Below are positions 38,301 to 50,233 of a stretch of 64,000 nucleotides of DNA, in pieces. The DNA is from Balanoglossus misakiensis (taxonomy: Eukaryota; Animalia; Hemichordata). Positions within the stretch are counted from its first letter, which is position 1; the number at the start of each line of letters is the position of its first letter. The DNA lies in contig CM082579.2 of the NCBI GenBank assembly GCA_040954595.2, forward strand, positions 14,732,550 through 14,796,549, read 5' to 3'. The position numbers were made by a program, and so were the translations under genes. The notes below the pieces were generated by a model that did not search any database, was not told where the DNA came from, and saw nothing but the letters and a program-made list of their open reading frames with translations.

Positions 38301-40576
38301 ATATATTTGTAGATGTTTATCAAATTCGCTATGTCTGAAACAGTATGCTTGCAAATGTATTAATATAGTCAGATAATATGAATAGTGAAGATAGCAAAAC
38401 AAACAGGTTTATGCTTATAGCCATAACTTCTATTAGTGATGTACATGTTGTACTTAGCAAATAATTGTTATGATCAACTTGGTTTTTATTGCACAAGATC
38501 TTTTTATTGCATCCATGTTTCGTTTCATTCTGGATAATAGTCTGTCTAAATAAGTTAACAGGCTTGATGAGGGTTATTTTAAACAGTGTTCTCAAAAAAC
38601 CTGCAATGTCATGCCCTATATTTATAAAGTTGAGGAGAGGTTGTATTCCTAGCAGGATGTTGAAATCATTGGAGGACAAACCCTGCAAGTACCAAAAGTT
38701 GCTGGGTGTTATAAATGTTTGAGTAACCCCCCCCCCCCCCTTCCCCAATAACACAATATATACTAAAACATTTTTACAACATCTTACTCAGTTTACCCTT
38801 AGGAATATGCCTACCAAATCAATCTGGCATGCAGTTTTAAAGAAAAAAAAATGACCAAAAGTGGCAAAAATTGCTCAAAATTAAAATATGCAAATTTTTC
38901 AACAATTTGAACAAAACTTTGGTTACTCAGACAACCATTAGAAGCTTCATACTAAAATTCAAAGAATGAGGCCTATAACTTTAAGAAATGATGATTTCTT
39001 TACCAATAATGTGGAATAATACAAAAAATGCATAAAAGATTTTTGGCATAAAAAATTAAAAATCGATCATATTAGCTCAAAACATACAGGACTGTTTGAG
39101 GTAGACATAAGGTACATGCATACTGATTTTCAAATGAATGTGACCAGTGGTTGTTGAGTTTGAGTTTTGACCAATTTCACATTTTCCTAGCTAATTTGCA
39201 TATTTTTGGCAATGACAGCTTCATTTGAACAAACTCCAATCTTCAGCCTGGCCTGCATCTACACACCAAATATCGAGGTCATATGCCCAGCGGTTTTCAA
39301 GTTTGTGATGTGGACGGACATACAGACATACATACATACATCCACCGATATCATAAGGTCCCATGGTAAAGCAAATGGGACCTTACAAAACTATGATAAC
39401 TCAGATCACCTATGAAGCTTCATACTAAATTTCAAATAAGTCAGCTGATCAATTCCAGAAAAGCAGATTTTCTACCGATAATGTGGAAAGAGACAAAAAA
39501 TACATAAAAAATCGAAAATTCACATTAGCTCACAACATATAGAACTGTGTGAGGTTAACATAACTTACAGGAATACCAATTTTCAATTTTGAAAGCAATT
39601 TGCTCAGTAGTTGTCGAGTTCCCGAGTTTGGACGAATTTGACACTTTCCCAGCTAATTTGCATATTTTGGCAATGACAACTTCATTTTGACAACTCCCAC
39701 TTAATGCCCTGCCTGCATCTCCACACTAAATATCAAGGTCACATGCCAGTGGTTTCCAAGTGTTTGATATTGATAGACATACAGACAAACATCCATACAG
39801 ACATCCATATATACAGGTGCAACTGATCCCATAAGGTCCCATGGTATAAATACATATACCTGCACCAAATGGGACCTAATAATTCTGATAAAATGCCTAC
39901 ATAGTAAGTTTAAAAACCAATTGTACCTTCAACGTCCTTGGACAACAATGGCTAATATTACTTGCCAAGGGCGACTAGAATTTTGGGGGCCTGATGCAAT
40001 TCTGATACATGTACTTCATGATTTAGAGATATTGTGAAAATCCTGTCAACCGAATTACAGGGAAATCAGATTTTCCATGTAAAATCATATCACCCAAAAA
40101 TGTCAAGTGTCGAAAATAATTTTGAAACAAAAAGTCTACTCAAAATCATACCAAAATTTAAATTTTAAAGCAGTACGTTAGGCAAGCAATTTGAGAATGA
40201 AGAAACTTACAAAAAAATTATAAATTGAAAATAACTTACAAATGCCGTACACAAACTTACAATCACTACCATATTACTGTACAAGTTAAAAGGACATTGT
40301 ACCAGCAGAGACATTGCGATCGAGCAATCCCCAAGATATACATGACATGGTCTAATTACAAATATTGAATATGTAAAATAGGTACACAACACTTCCATTC
40401 TTTCAGTACAGTCAGCTGCTTGTTAACAATAGGCATGTAGCTATTTCATCAAATTTACAGCCCAAGTCATGCCTATACAATTCTCCCTTAAGCTACCCTA
40501 AGTGAGTGATGAAAATCTCATATGGTCGACAATTGATGGCCGATTTTTGCCATGTTAAAGAAATGGGAGTTCATAA

Positions 40577-41369
40577 GGCTGCATTCACAAACACCTCTGG
40601 AGAGGGGGGGGGGGGGGGGCAGGAGAATTGAGCGGGGGGGGGGATTTGAAAAATTGAAGGTATGTAAGGGGGGATTTGAAATAATTTAGGGACTGAAAGG
40701 GGGGACTTGAAAACTTTGACGACTAAATATTTATTTTGAGTCCACAAAAATGCAGTTTCGCGCCCTTTATTTTACACCCCCTCCCACACCCACCCCCCTC
40801 CATTCATCAACACCTTTCAATCATTAACTGGTTTATCTAGTGTCCCATGTCAGGGGACTTGCCCCCACCCCATGATAACTTTGAGCGGCGACGGTTAAAT
40901 TTATCCTCCCCAACATACTGGTAGTTGAGTTAATTTGCTTTTGCCGGGTTCATAAAAATGCAGCTTTGAGCTCTGTATTTTATAAAATTTTCTTACGTGG
41001 GAGGGGGACACCCCTTCCCACACCCACCCCCTTCAATTCCCGGTTTACAATGTCTCCCAACACAGAATACAAATACTTAAAAAATAAAAACCATGTTCAG
41101 TTTTAATACCCACTGATGAGGGGAAACATCAGTTTCAAAGTCTTTTCATGGGAGCGCTGTTTTTCTTTTTTACAAGATAGATAAGTGATGTGTTTTGCTC
41201 TGTGAAAGAAAATGGGGGGGGGATTTTAAAATTTTGGCAGTTCAGAAGGGGGTGGGGGATTTGAAAATATTTCGGGTTGTGTACAGGGGGGGGGGGGCAT
41301 GTGAAAATTAGCAGTAAAAAAATTGAATTCTCCCCCCCCCCCCATCCAGAGGTGTTTGTGAATGGAGCC
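40577..41369. mobile_element. PIF/Harbinger-type MITE (TAA TSD)
   Basis: TAA-GGCTGCATTCACAAACACCTCTGGA...TCCAGAGGTGTTTGTGAATGGAGCC-TAA; empty site GTTCATAAGCTAAA in copy 2 at ~47880. Confidence 0.85.
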
Positions 41370-41803
41370 TAAGCTAAAGCTAAAGTGATAATGGGTCATA
41401 ACAGACAAAATAACAAAATGTGAAAAACATTTAATGAGTTTAATATGCTAACTACGGAGACAGACATGTTTGACCAAAGCATGAAATACACAAAATGTAT
41501 CATTTCTTCCACCTCTTACTACAGTGGGTTGTAGACTTTTCGCCCAGAATGCAATGTGATTTGACCCCCTAGCGCAAAGTGAAAACCTATTTAAGGCAGC
41601 CAGAATTTTCTGCATAGTATGACGGAAACATTTGTAAAGTCATGGCTAGCGTGGGCTGGTAAGTTTATATGGGGCTCTCCATGATAACCAGTTGTGGCTT
41701 AATACCACCACCATAATTTTGAAAGGGCGACTTCACTATTTGATGGGAAAAGGTAGCCTTTACAAACAAGCTATGGAGCATGTATACAGCAAGTTGTGCT
41801 TAC

Positions 41804-43128
41804 CGGAAAGCGGTCTTGGATCAGGCCTAGGTATTCTCTTCCTCCTCCGGCATACGTTGAAATGCTGTGTTTAAGACTGTGAATCAAATATATGCTTATC
41901 AATTAGTAACCAATCAACCTTGCTTTAGAATTATTTGGGCCATACTAATTAGTGAAAATATGCAAAACATGGTATAATATAGGGTCAGACTGTGCTGCGA
42001 TAATGTACGTGGAATACGAATCAGAGAAATCTGTAACAGCGATCTTGAAACTCCATTTACATCAGTACTGCAGTAAAGTGGTCCACATGGGTATACCACA
42101 AACATGGCAGTTAGGTGACAAGTGAAACTGACATCATATCTGTAAACGACAGGTGTACACACACTTTGACATCTACGTAACACTGTACAATGATTTCTTA
42201 ATGTTTGTTGTGAAAATGAAACTTACATTTGATCCACCTCACTTTTCATACAACTGGTTAGCGCAAGAATGTAAATTGTTGGCAATTATAAAACATTTAT
42301 TTTACTATAGAAAAGTAAGCCTTTACATTTAAACTTTGAATATCAGTATACTAAAATGTTTCAAACGTGGCTGTCAGTATATCTCATGGCATGGTGGCAG
42401 AAGTACATGTTGTTACCAGGGAAGACACATTGAACATAGACAAGCGCACTAGTCGCTTGGTGATTTTTCATCTAGATTCTCAAAACTTTCTGTGCATTTG
42501 GTAGCTTTGAGCAAGTTTCTGGTACTGAGCTGAGTTTCGAATTTGGAACTGGGCTGCTTTGGCTTTGATTACCATGGGCCAATATGATCTTATGCACACA
42601 TTTTTGAAAAAAACTCCAGCCTGTTTGTGTCGTGATCTATATTTTTCTTTGTGGCCTAAGGTATTGTTTTATTTCACTATAAACAACATTACTTTCCTTC
42701 ATGTGTCTATATATAATAATAGATCTCTTAGCCAGTTTGATGAAGCATAGTGTTGGACTAGCACACTTTCAGCCAAAATTACGGTATCTCCCCGTGTATT
42801 GGTATGGGAGTAATTTCTAGCTATATGGTTAAGGAAATGCATCCAAATTTAATTTATGCTTCACATGAAGATTTGAACTTGACCATTTAATTCATGTCAT
42901 CACGATCATATCACAGGCAACCGAGGCTAGAATTCGAAGGAAAAAAGTATTGATAACTGGAAGGTGTAAATTAGTTCGTAGACATACATTGTTTCCTATT
43001 GTTTCGGTTGTGCCACGCCCGATAAAAGCAAATATACAGCAAGTCATGCTTACCATTGAGCGGTCTTAAACTCGCCCCCGACGAGGAAGAGAATCCCGAG
43101 TTGAAATGCAGACAATTTCAGGCAGCAT
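41804..43128 (-). other. pair of exon-like cassettes, B1 43054-43128 (75 nt) and A1 41804-41876 (73 nt), of an unknown transcript
   Basis: Both have TTTGATTCACAG acceptor and GTAAGC donor on the minus strand and share flanking sequence. Confidence 0.5.
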
Positions 43129-46100
43129 CTGTGAATCAAATAGATATAGAAGTTAGTAACCAGTCATAGTAGCTCTAAGTTGGGTGTAAAAGTCTAAGTT
43201 GGGTGTACTAACTCTCCTTGTTAACAGTAACTTTCAAAGAAACTGAGCAATTGGTTAAAAAGATTTGCTATCCAAAAACAAAGAAATTTACAACAAACTA
43301 CCTAAATATTGACAACCAGAATTTAATCAAAGTTGCACATACATGTACATGTGTTATGAAATTGTTAACTAACTTCCAAAGCAATCAGGAACCAGATATT
43401 AACTGAATATGCTCACGTGCAGTACTGTGATTGGTTGACAGAATAACAAGATTAGAAAAACCAGTTTTAAACCATTTTGGTTTATAGTGTATATGGTGTA
43501 AGGGTTGTGTGTTGCACCATTGTGAAATGTAAACATGTTTGTGGAATTGTTGCCTTGTCAATTTTTGTAAGGGGTTATGAGTCATGTACCCCATCCTGAA
43601 CTGCATAAAAATAATAAGTCTATGGAATTCTAAAACTCTTTGATCAAAAATGGCAAGAAATATACCAAAAAGTATGAATATTTCACCAGATTTCAACAAA
43701 TCTGATTTCTGTTCATGCCTAAGAACCTCTTTAACAAGTTTCAATAAGGTAGACATTTTGGCAAACAACAGGAAATTCAGACAAATCTGACTGATATCAC
43801 ATATATGAATTCCCATTCAAAGTTTCCAACCAATTGGACTTGTGGTATTACCGAAGACTATTTGGCCAAACCCTGCAGAAATTCCCAAAAAATACAATTA
43901 TGCAAATTTCATTACAATTTGATCATATCTGACTGAGATCACCCCTAGAAACCCAAATACAAAGTATCAAAACAATTGCACCTACATTTCACAGGATTGG
44001 ATTTTTTGGCAAAAACAGGAAATATTGCCCAAAAATGCATTTTTGCAAATTTCACCACCGTTTGCACAAATGTGATTCAGGTAAGCCCTATGAACCTCCA
44101 TACCAAGTTTCCAATCAATTGGACATGTAATTTCAGAGAAAAATTTTTTTTAACAAAACTGCAGAAAATTCCCCCAAAAATTCATAAAAAATAGGAAACG
44201 CCAGATACTGACTCCACCTGAACAAAATCATACGAGGTCTTCCCAAAGTACTTGCACACCAATGCACGCCAATTTTTAACTTAATCTGATCCGCTGTTAT
44301 TAAGTTTTTCAATTTTGACTATTTGAACATTTTTCCAGTTAATACCAGTATGCATTTTTTCGCAATAACAATTTCTATGTACACACTAAATATCAGTAGT
44401 TTCAAGTTTTTGATGTTGATGGACATACACATACATACATCAATACATTAAGACGAAACTGATCCATTCACAAAATACATAATTCTGTATGAGGCACACA
44501 TACAGACATACATAGCCGACGGACACCAACTTATGCTATAAGCTGACATTTATATACATGTTAGCCAAAAACCAAAATCAACCTCAAAATAGACATTAAA
44601 ATATATTGCACCACCATGAGAAGACAAATTCATTTTTTGACAAATTTTCTGGGGCGTCATTGATATAGCATGGCATATTGTCAAAGTACGTAGGCTCTGT
44701 GATAAGATTCCATACACACAAAATGGTAACCTTGGAAGTCCAGCTGACGTAGTTATGCAATGGCGTCTCGTGTATTCCGTCGCCAAAAAATCATCGTAAA
44801 CTAATTGATAGTCGGGGTCACAATTCAAGACGACTTTCTCTAAATTCTTTATGAATGGATTAAATCGAAATCGAAATGTTGACGTATGACGTACGGAATG
44901 AGATCTGAACAGACATTCAATGTTATCATTCTCGCTCGATCACATATTGGGTAGGCCATCTAGCAATCGCTATATAGTATTGGCGATAACAGACTGTCTA
45001 TAAACACACAAAACGGATTTTACTGTTGAGTGTGATCAACCGCCATGTTATTTTTCTCTGAACAATAGACAAATAGAAAGCCTGGTGACATTTTGAGATT
45101 GACTGCGTGAGGACCACAATATGCGTGAATCATTTACGGTTTGTCTTGATGAATGGGTCACATCATAGTCATAACGCGGATTCGGCTGCACGCCAACTAT
45201 CCGCCATATTGTCTCCACTAACTTACTCGTAAGTAGTTTCAAACTTCATTTGAAAAGAGTATTCGTCTGACGGTCCTGTAGATTAACAATTTACGCTCTA
45301 TGAAGCAACTAAACAACGTTAGCTTCCTTGTGGATTCACGTAGGGAAGTTATTCGTAACGACGGGTACAGCGTCTGAGCATGGACAGAACCACGGCAATA
45401 TCGCCAGGAATGTCTCATTTCACAGCGCCCTCAAACAGTCGATCTCCTCAAACTATCGTTTCCACTGGTCATATATGCAGCATTAACGAAAGCTCTCATA
45501 GACAGCCATGTAATAGAAAAATTAAAACTTTAATAACTTCATTAATATCAAAGCCACATCCACCAAAACCTTTCCAGTTCTTGCCATATGATATCTGAAC
45601 CTGTGTACTAAATTTGGTTGAAATCGGTTCAGCGGTTCTTGAGATATCGGGTATACAGACAGACACACACATACACAGACATCGCTAAACTATAAGCTCA
45701 CGTGATTTTCAGGTGAGCTAAAAATTGGGTTACCCCTAGGAATATTCCTACCATATTTCAAAGCCATCAAAAAAGCAGTTTCAAAGAAAAACACATTTGT
45801 TCAAAAGTGGCAAAAACACAAATATGCAAACATCTCTATAATTGTACACCATCTTACTTCAATCACTACAAGGAACATTCCTGCCAAAGTTCAAAGCAAC
45901 CAGACAACGGTTTGAACGTTTTCAGAGAAAACAGTTTTTGACAAAGATTGCATAAAATATCTCCAAATAAGACAAAGATGAAGTTTTAACCATTTTTAAG
46001 ACATCTTACTTGGGTTACCCCTGGGAATCTGCCTACCAAATTGCAAAGCATTCTGACCAAAATTGGCATAATTGCTCAAAATTATAAATATGCCTATTTT

Positions 46101-48540
46101 ACAACAATCTGAACAAAAAATATGGTAACTCGGACCACCCATAGGAAGCTTCATACTAAATTTCGAAGGAGTCGGACTATCGCTTTCAGAAGTGAAGATT
46201 TTTTTTTATCAATAATGTGGAAAAAGACAAAAAAAATTAATAAACATTAGAAAATTCATAATATTAGCTCACAACATACAGGACTGTATGGGGTTCATTG
46301 ACATACCAATCTGACCAGTGGTTGTCAAGTTTCTGACTTTTGACCAATTTCACATTTACACAGGTAATATTTTGGCAATGACAATTTCATTTGAACAAAA
46401 TCCCATCTACAGCCCCGCCTGCATCTACACACTAAATATGGAAGTGATATGCCCAGCGGTTTTCATCCATTCACTCATACATACAAATGCAACTGATTCC
46501 ATAAGGTCCCAATCGTATATATGTACATAAACCAAATGGGACCTAAAAATTGCTCCAAAATTATAAATACGCAATTTTTGGCAACAATTTAAACAAAACT
46601 ATGGTTGGTAACTCAGATCACCTATGAAGCTTCATAATAAATTTCAAACAAGTCAGCTGATCAATTCCAGAAAAGTAGGTTTTTACCGACAATGTGGAAA
46701 GAGACAAAAAAAATGCTTAAAAATAGAAAATTCACATTATTAGCTCACAACATGTAGAATTGTGAGAGGATACCATAAGGTACATGCATACCAATTATCA
46801 ATTTTGAAAGCAATTTGCCCAGTAGTTGTTGAGTTCCCAAGTTTTGACGAATTTGACACTTTCCCAGCTAATTTGCATATTTTGGCAATGACAACTTCAC
46901 TTAGACAAACTCCCATCTACTGCCCTGTCTGCACATTAAATATCAAGGTGAAATGCCAGTAGTTTCCAAATGTTTGATGTTGATGGACATACAAACATCC
47001 ATACATACAGGTGCAACTGATCCCGTAAGGTACCATGGTATAAATACATATACCAAATGGGACCTAATAATTCTGATAAAATGCGTACATACGTACATAC
47101 ATACAAGTCAGCAATAAGGAGACGGGATAGTGGGCTGGCACTGAGTGTCTATTTCTATTGCAAATTATAAACATGCAGCAAGTGTAAAAACCACATGTAC
47201 CTTCAACGTCCTTGGACAACACATTTTTGTAACTTTCCCAGATCAATGGCTAATATTACTTGCCAAAGGCGACTAGAATTTTGGGGGCCTGATGCAAGTC
47301 TGATACATGTACTTCATGATTTAGAGATATGATGAAAATCCTGTCAACCGAATTACAGGGAAATCAGATTTTCCATGTAAAATCATATCACCCAAAAGTG
47401 TCAAAAATAATTTTGAAACAAAAAGTCTACTCAAAATCATACCAAAATTTAAATGTTAATGCAGTACGTTAGGCAAGCAATTTGAGAATGAAGAAACTTA
47501 CAAAATAATTTATAAATTGTAAATAATTTACAAATGCCGCACACAAACTTACAATTACTACCATATTACTGAACATGTTAAAAGGACATTGTACCAGCAG
47601 AGACATTGTGATCGAGCAATCCCCAAGATATACATGACATGGTCTAATTACAAATATTGAATATGTAAAATATGTACACAACACTTCCAGTCTTACAGTA
47701 CAGTCAGCTGCTTGTGAACAATAGTCATGTAGCTATTTCATCAAATTTACAGCCCAAGTCTTGCCTATACAATTCTCCCTACTTTAAACACGTTTTAAGC
47801 TACCCTAAATGAGTGATGAAAATCTCATACGGTCGATAATTTCAAGATGGCCGATTTTTGCCATGTTAAAGAAATGGGAGTTCATAAGCTAAAATGATGA
47901 TGGGTCATTCTTGAACTTTTTAACAGAAAAAATAGCAAAAGTGAAAAAAAGTTTAATATGCTAACTACCGAGACAGAAATGTTTGACCGAAGGAAGTCAT
48001 GAAATACAGTAAACATATCATTTCTTCTATCTCTTACTACAGTTGGTTATGGACTTTCCGCCCAGAATGCAATGAGATTTGACACCTAGCGCAAAGTGAA
48101 AAACCTATTTAAGGCAGCCAGAATTTTCTGCATAGTATGACGGAAACATTTGTAAAGTCATGGCTAGCATGGGTTGGCAGGTTTATGGGACCCGCTCAGG
48201 TTCCCTCGAATAACACATAATGCATGATTGGTGACTGATTATTGTTTATTTGTTGATTTTGTCACATTTTCAGAAAAATCCCTATCAATCAGTCATATTT
48301 GTTTGGCCTTGCTATACAGCGCAATATGAATCTTGTTGACTGAAATTGTTGAGGATAGTGGTACATAAAGGTTACCAATTGGAAAATATTAAAATGATTA
48401 TTAGTGGTGTCCAACTCTTCATGATAACCAGTTGTGGCTTGCCACCACCATAATTTTAAAAGGGTGACTTCACTATTTGATGGGAAAAGGTAGCATTTAC
48501 AAACAAGCTATGGAGCATGTATACAGCAAGGTGTGCTTAC

Positions 48541-49615
48541 CGGAAAGCGGTCTTGGATCAGGCCTAGGTATTCTCTTCCTCCTCCGGCATACGTTGAAAT
48601 GCTGTGTTTAAGACTGTGAATCAAATATATGCAAATATTAATTAGTAACCAATCAACCTTGCTTTAGAATTATGTGGGCCATACAAATTAGTGAAAATAT
48701 GCAAAACATGGTATAATATAGGGTCAGAAAAAATTTCCAGCCTGTTTGTGTCATGATTTACATTTTTCTTTCTGGCCTAAAGTATTGTTTTATTTCACTC
48801 TAAACAACATTACTTTCCTTCATGCGTCTAATATAATAACAGATCTCTTAGCCAGTTTGATTAAGCATAGTGTTGGACTAGCACACGTTCAGCCAAAGTT
48901 AAAGTATCTCCCTGTGTATTGATATGGGAGTAATTTTAGCTATATGGTTAAAGGGACAAAGTCTCTCTGTCGCTGTCCTTTTTCCATTAATTATGTTTGA
49001 TACAAGACACTGTTTATGTCAATGTACATTTGGATATATAGTGAATAAATGATCAACCACACAAAACTTCCATCCCGCTTGTATGATATGAGAGTAAAAA
49101 CTCGCCCAAAATGAATAAATGGTAAAGAACGATTATTCATTTTGGCGAGTATTTTTACTCTCGTGTCTACAAGTGGGACGGAAGTTGTGTGTGGCTGAAC
49201 GTTCATTCACTATATATCTACATGTAGAATAACAAACGGTGTCTTGTATCAAATATAATTAATGGAAAAAAGGGCAGCGAGAGAGAGACTTTGTCCCTTT
49301 AAGGAAATGCATCCACATTTATTTTATGCTCCACGTGAAGATTTGAACTTGTGAGTTGTCCATCTAATTCATGACATCACGATCATATCACAAGCAATCG
49401 AGGCCAGAATTCGAAGGGGAAAAAACAGGTACATTGTATTGAAAGCTGGAATATGTAAATTAGTTCGTAGACATACATTTCTTCCTATTGTTTCGGTTGC
49501 AACACCCGATAAAAGCAAATATAAAGCAAGTCATGCTTACCATTGAGCGGTCTTAAACTCGCCCCGGACAAGGAAGAGAATCCCGAGTTGAAACGCAGAC
49601 AGTTTCAGGCAGCAT
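48541..49615 (-). other. second pair of exon-like cassettes, B2 49541-49615 and A2 48541-48613
   Basis: A2 is identical to A1; B2 differs from B1 at 4 positions; splice signals intact. Confidence 0.5.
48952..49298. mobile_element. palindromic MITE with TTAA TSD (Kolobok-like)
   Basis: TTAA-AGGGACAAAGTCTCTCT...AGAGAGACTTTGTCCCT-TTAA; empty site TGGTTAAGGAAATGC in copy 1 at ~42826. Confidence 0.85.
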
Positions 49616-49818
49616 CTGTGAATCAAATAGACATAGAAGTTAGTAACCAGTCATAGAAGCTCTGCGTGGCAGGGCTGCGTGTTAACGGCTATACCATAGC
49701 TCCCACTGGTAGCTTATAACAGTCTCAATGGTGCCAAAAATCTCCCCAACAACAAAACCAACCCTGGTCAGTTTATTCGCTATCGCTTTGCCTTAAAAGT
49801 TATACTGTAGTGTGTTAC

Positions 49819-50233
49819 CACAGGGGGCTCCTTCCTCCGCGATTTTATTGTTTGTTTGTTGTTGTTGATTGGCATAATAAACAAATACATATTTCTTTAT
49901 TAATAAATATGGTTTGTTGACATGTAAGTGTTAGGGTATATTCAACAGTTAGGGTTACTGTTGGCATTTTTTTCGATCCACGGCCCCGGGCATCACTAAG
50001 CCACAGGGGGTGGGGGTGGGGGGGTTTGGGGGGGTGATGCCGGCCATGGATCGAAAAAATGCCAACACTAATTCTAACCGTTGAATATACCATAACCTGT
50101 CAAATATACCCTAATAACCTAACCCTTACATGTCAACAAACCATATTTATTAATAAAGAAATATGTATTTGTTTATTATGCCAATCAACAACAACAAACA
50201 AACAATAAAATCGCCTAGGGAGAGCCCCCTGTG
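49819..50233. mobile_element. palindromic MITE with 7-bp TSD and CA...TG ends (P-element-like)
   Basis: GTGTTAC-CACAGGGGGCTC...GAGCCCCCTGTG-GTGTTAC; arms inverted over ~170 bp around a G-rich centre. Confidence 0.8.

Larger units (their letters stand above)
39395..43176 (+). repeat. local segmental duplication, copy 1 (copy 2 at ~46610-49663)
   Basis: Colinear high similarity from AACTCAGATCACCTATGAAGCTT to GAAGTTAGTAACCAGTCATAG.AGCTCT, with copy-specific indels. Confidence 0.85.
32400..47100 (-). mobile_element. cluster of degenerate DINE-1/Helentron-like AT-rich modular repeats
   Basis: Repeated modules (ATACAGGACTGTATG..GACATAAGGTACTTGCATACCAA; ATGCAAATTT) ending in (CATA/CAGA)n plus a GGTCCCATGG...ATGGGACC or AGCTCAC..GTGAGCT hairpin and A-run at about 37360, 39385, 39880, 45720, 46545 and 47070. 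Confidence 0.6.
46610..49663 (+). repeat. local segmental duplication, copy 2
   Basis: Colinear with 39395-43176. Confidence 0.85.

Noticed and set aside
44550-45598. Short ORFs in a CpG-richer unique segment
   Set aside because: No recognisable motifs or splice structure; could be regulatory or element-internal, but the sequence alone does not support a call.
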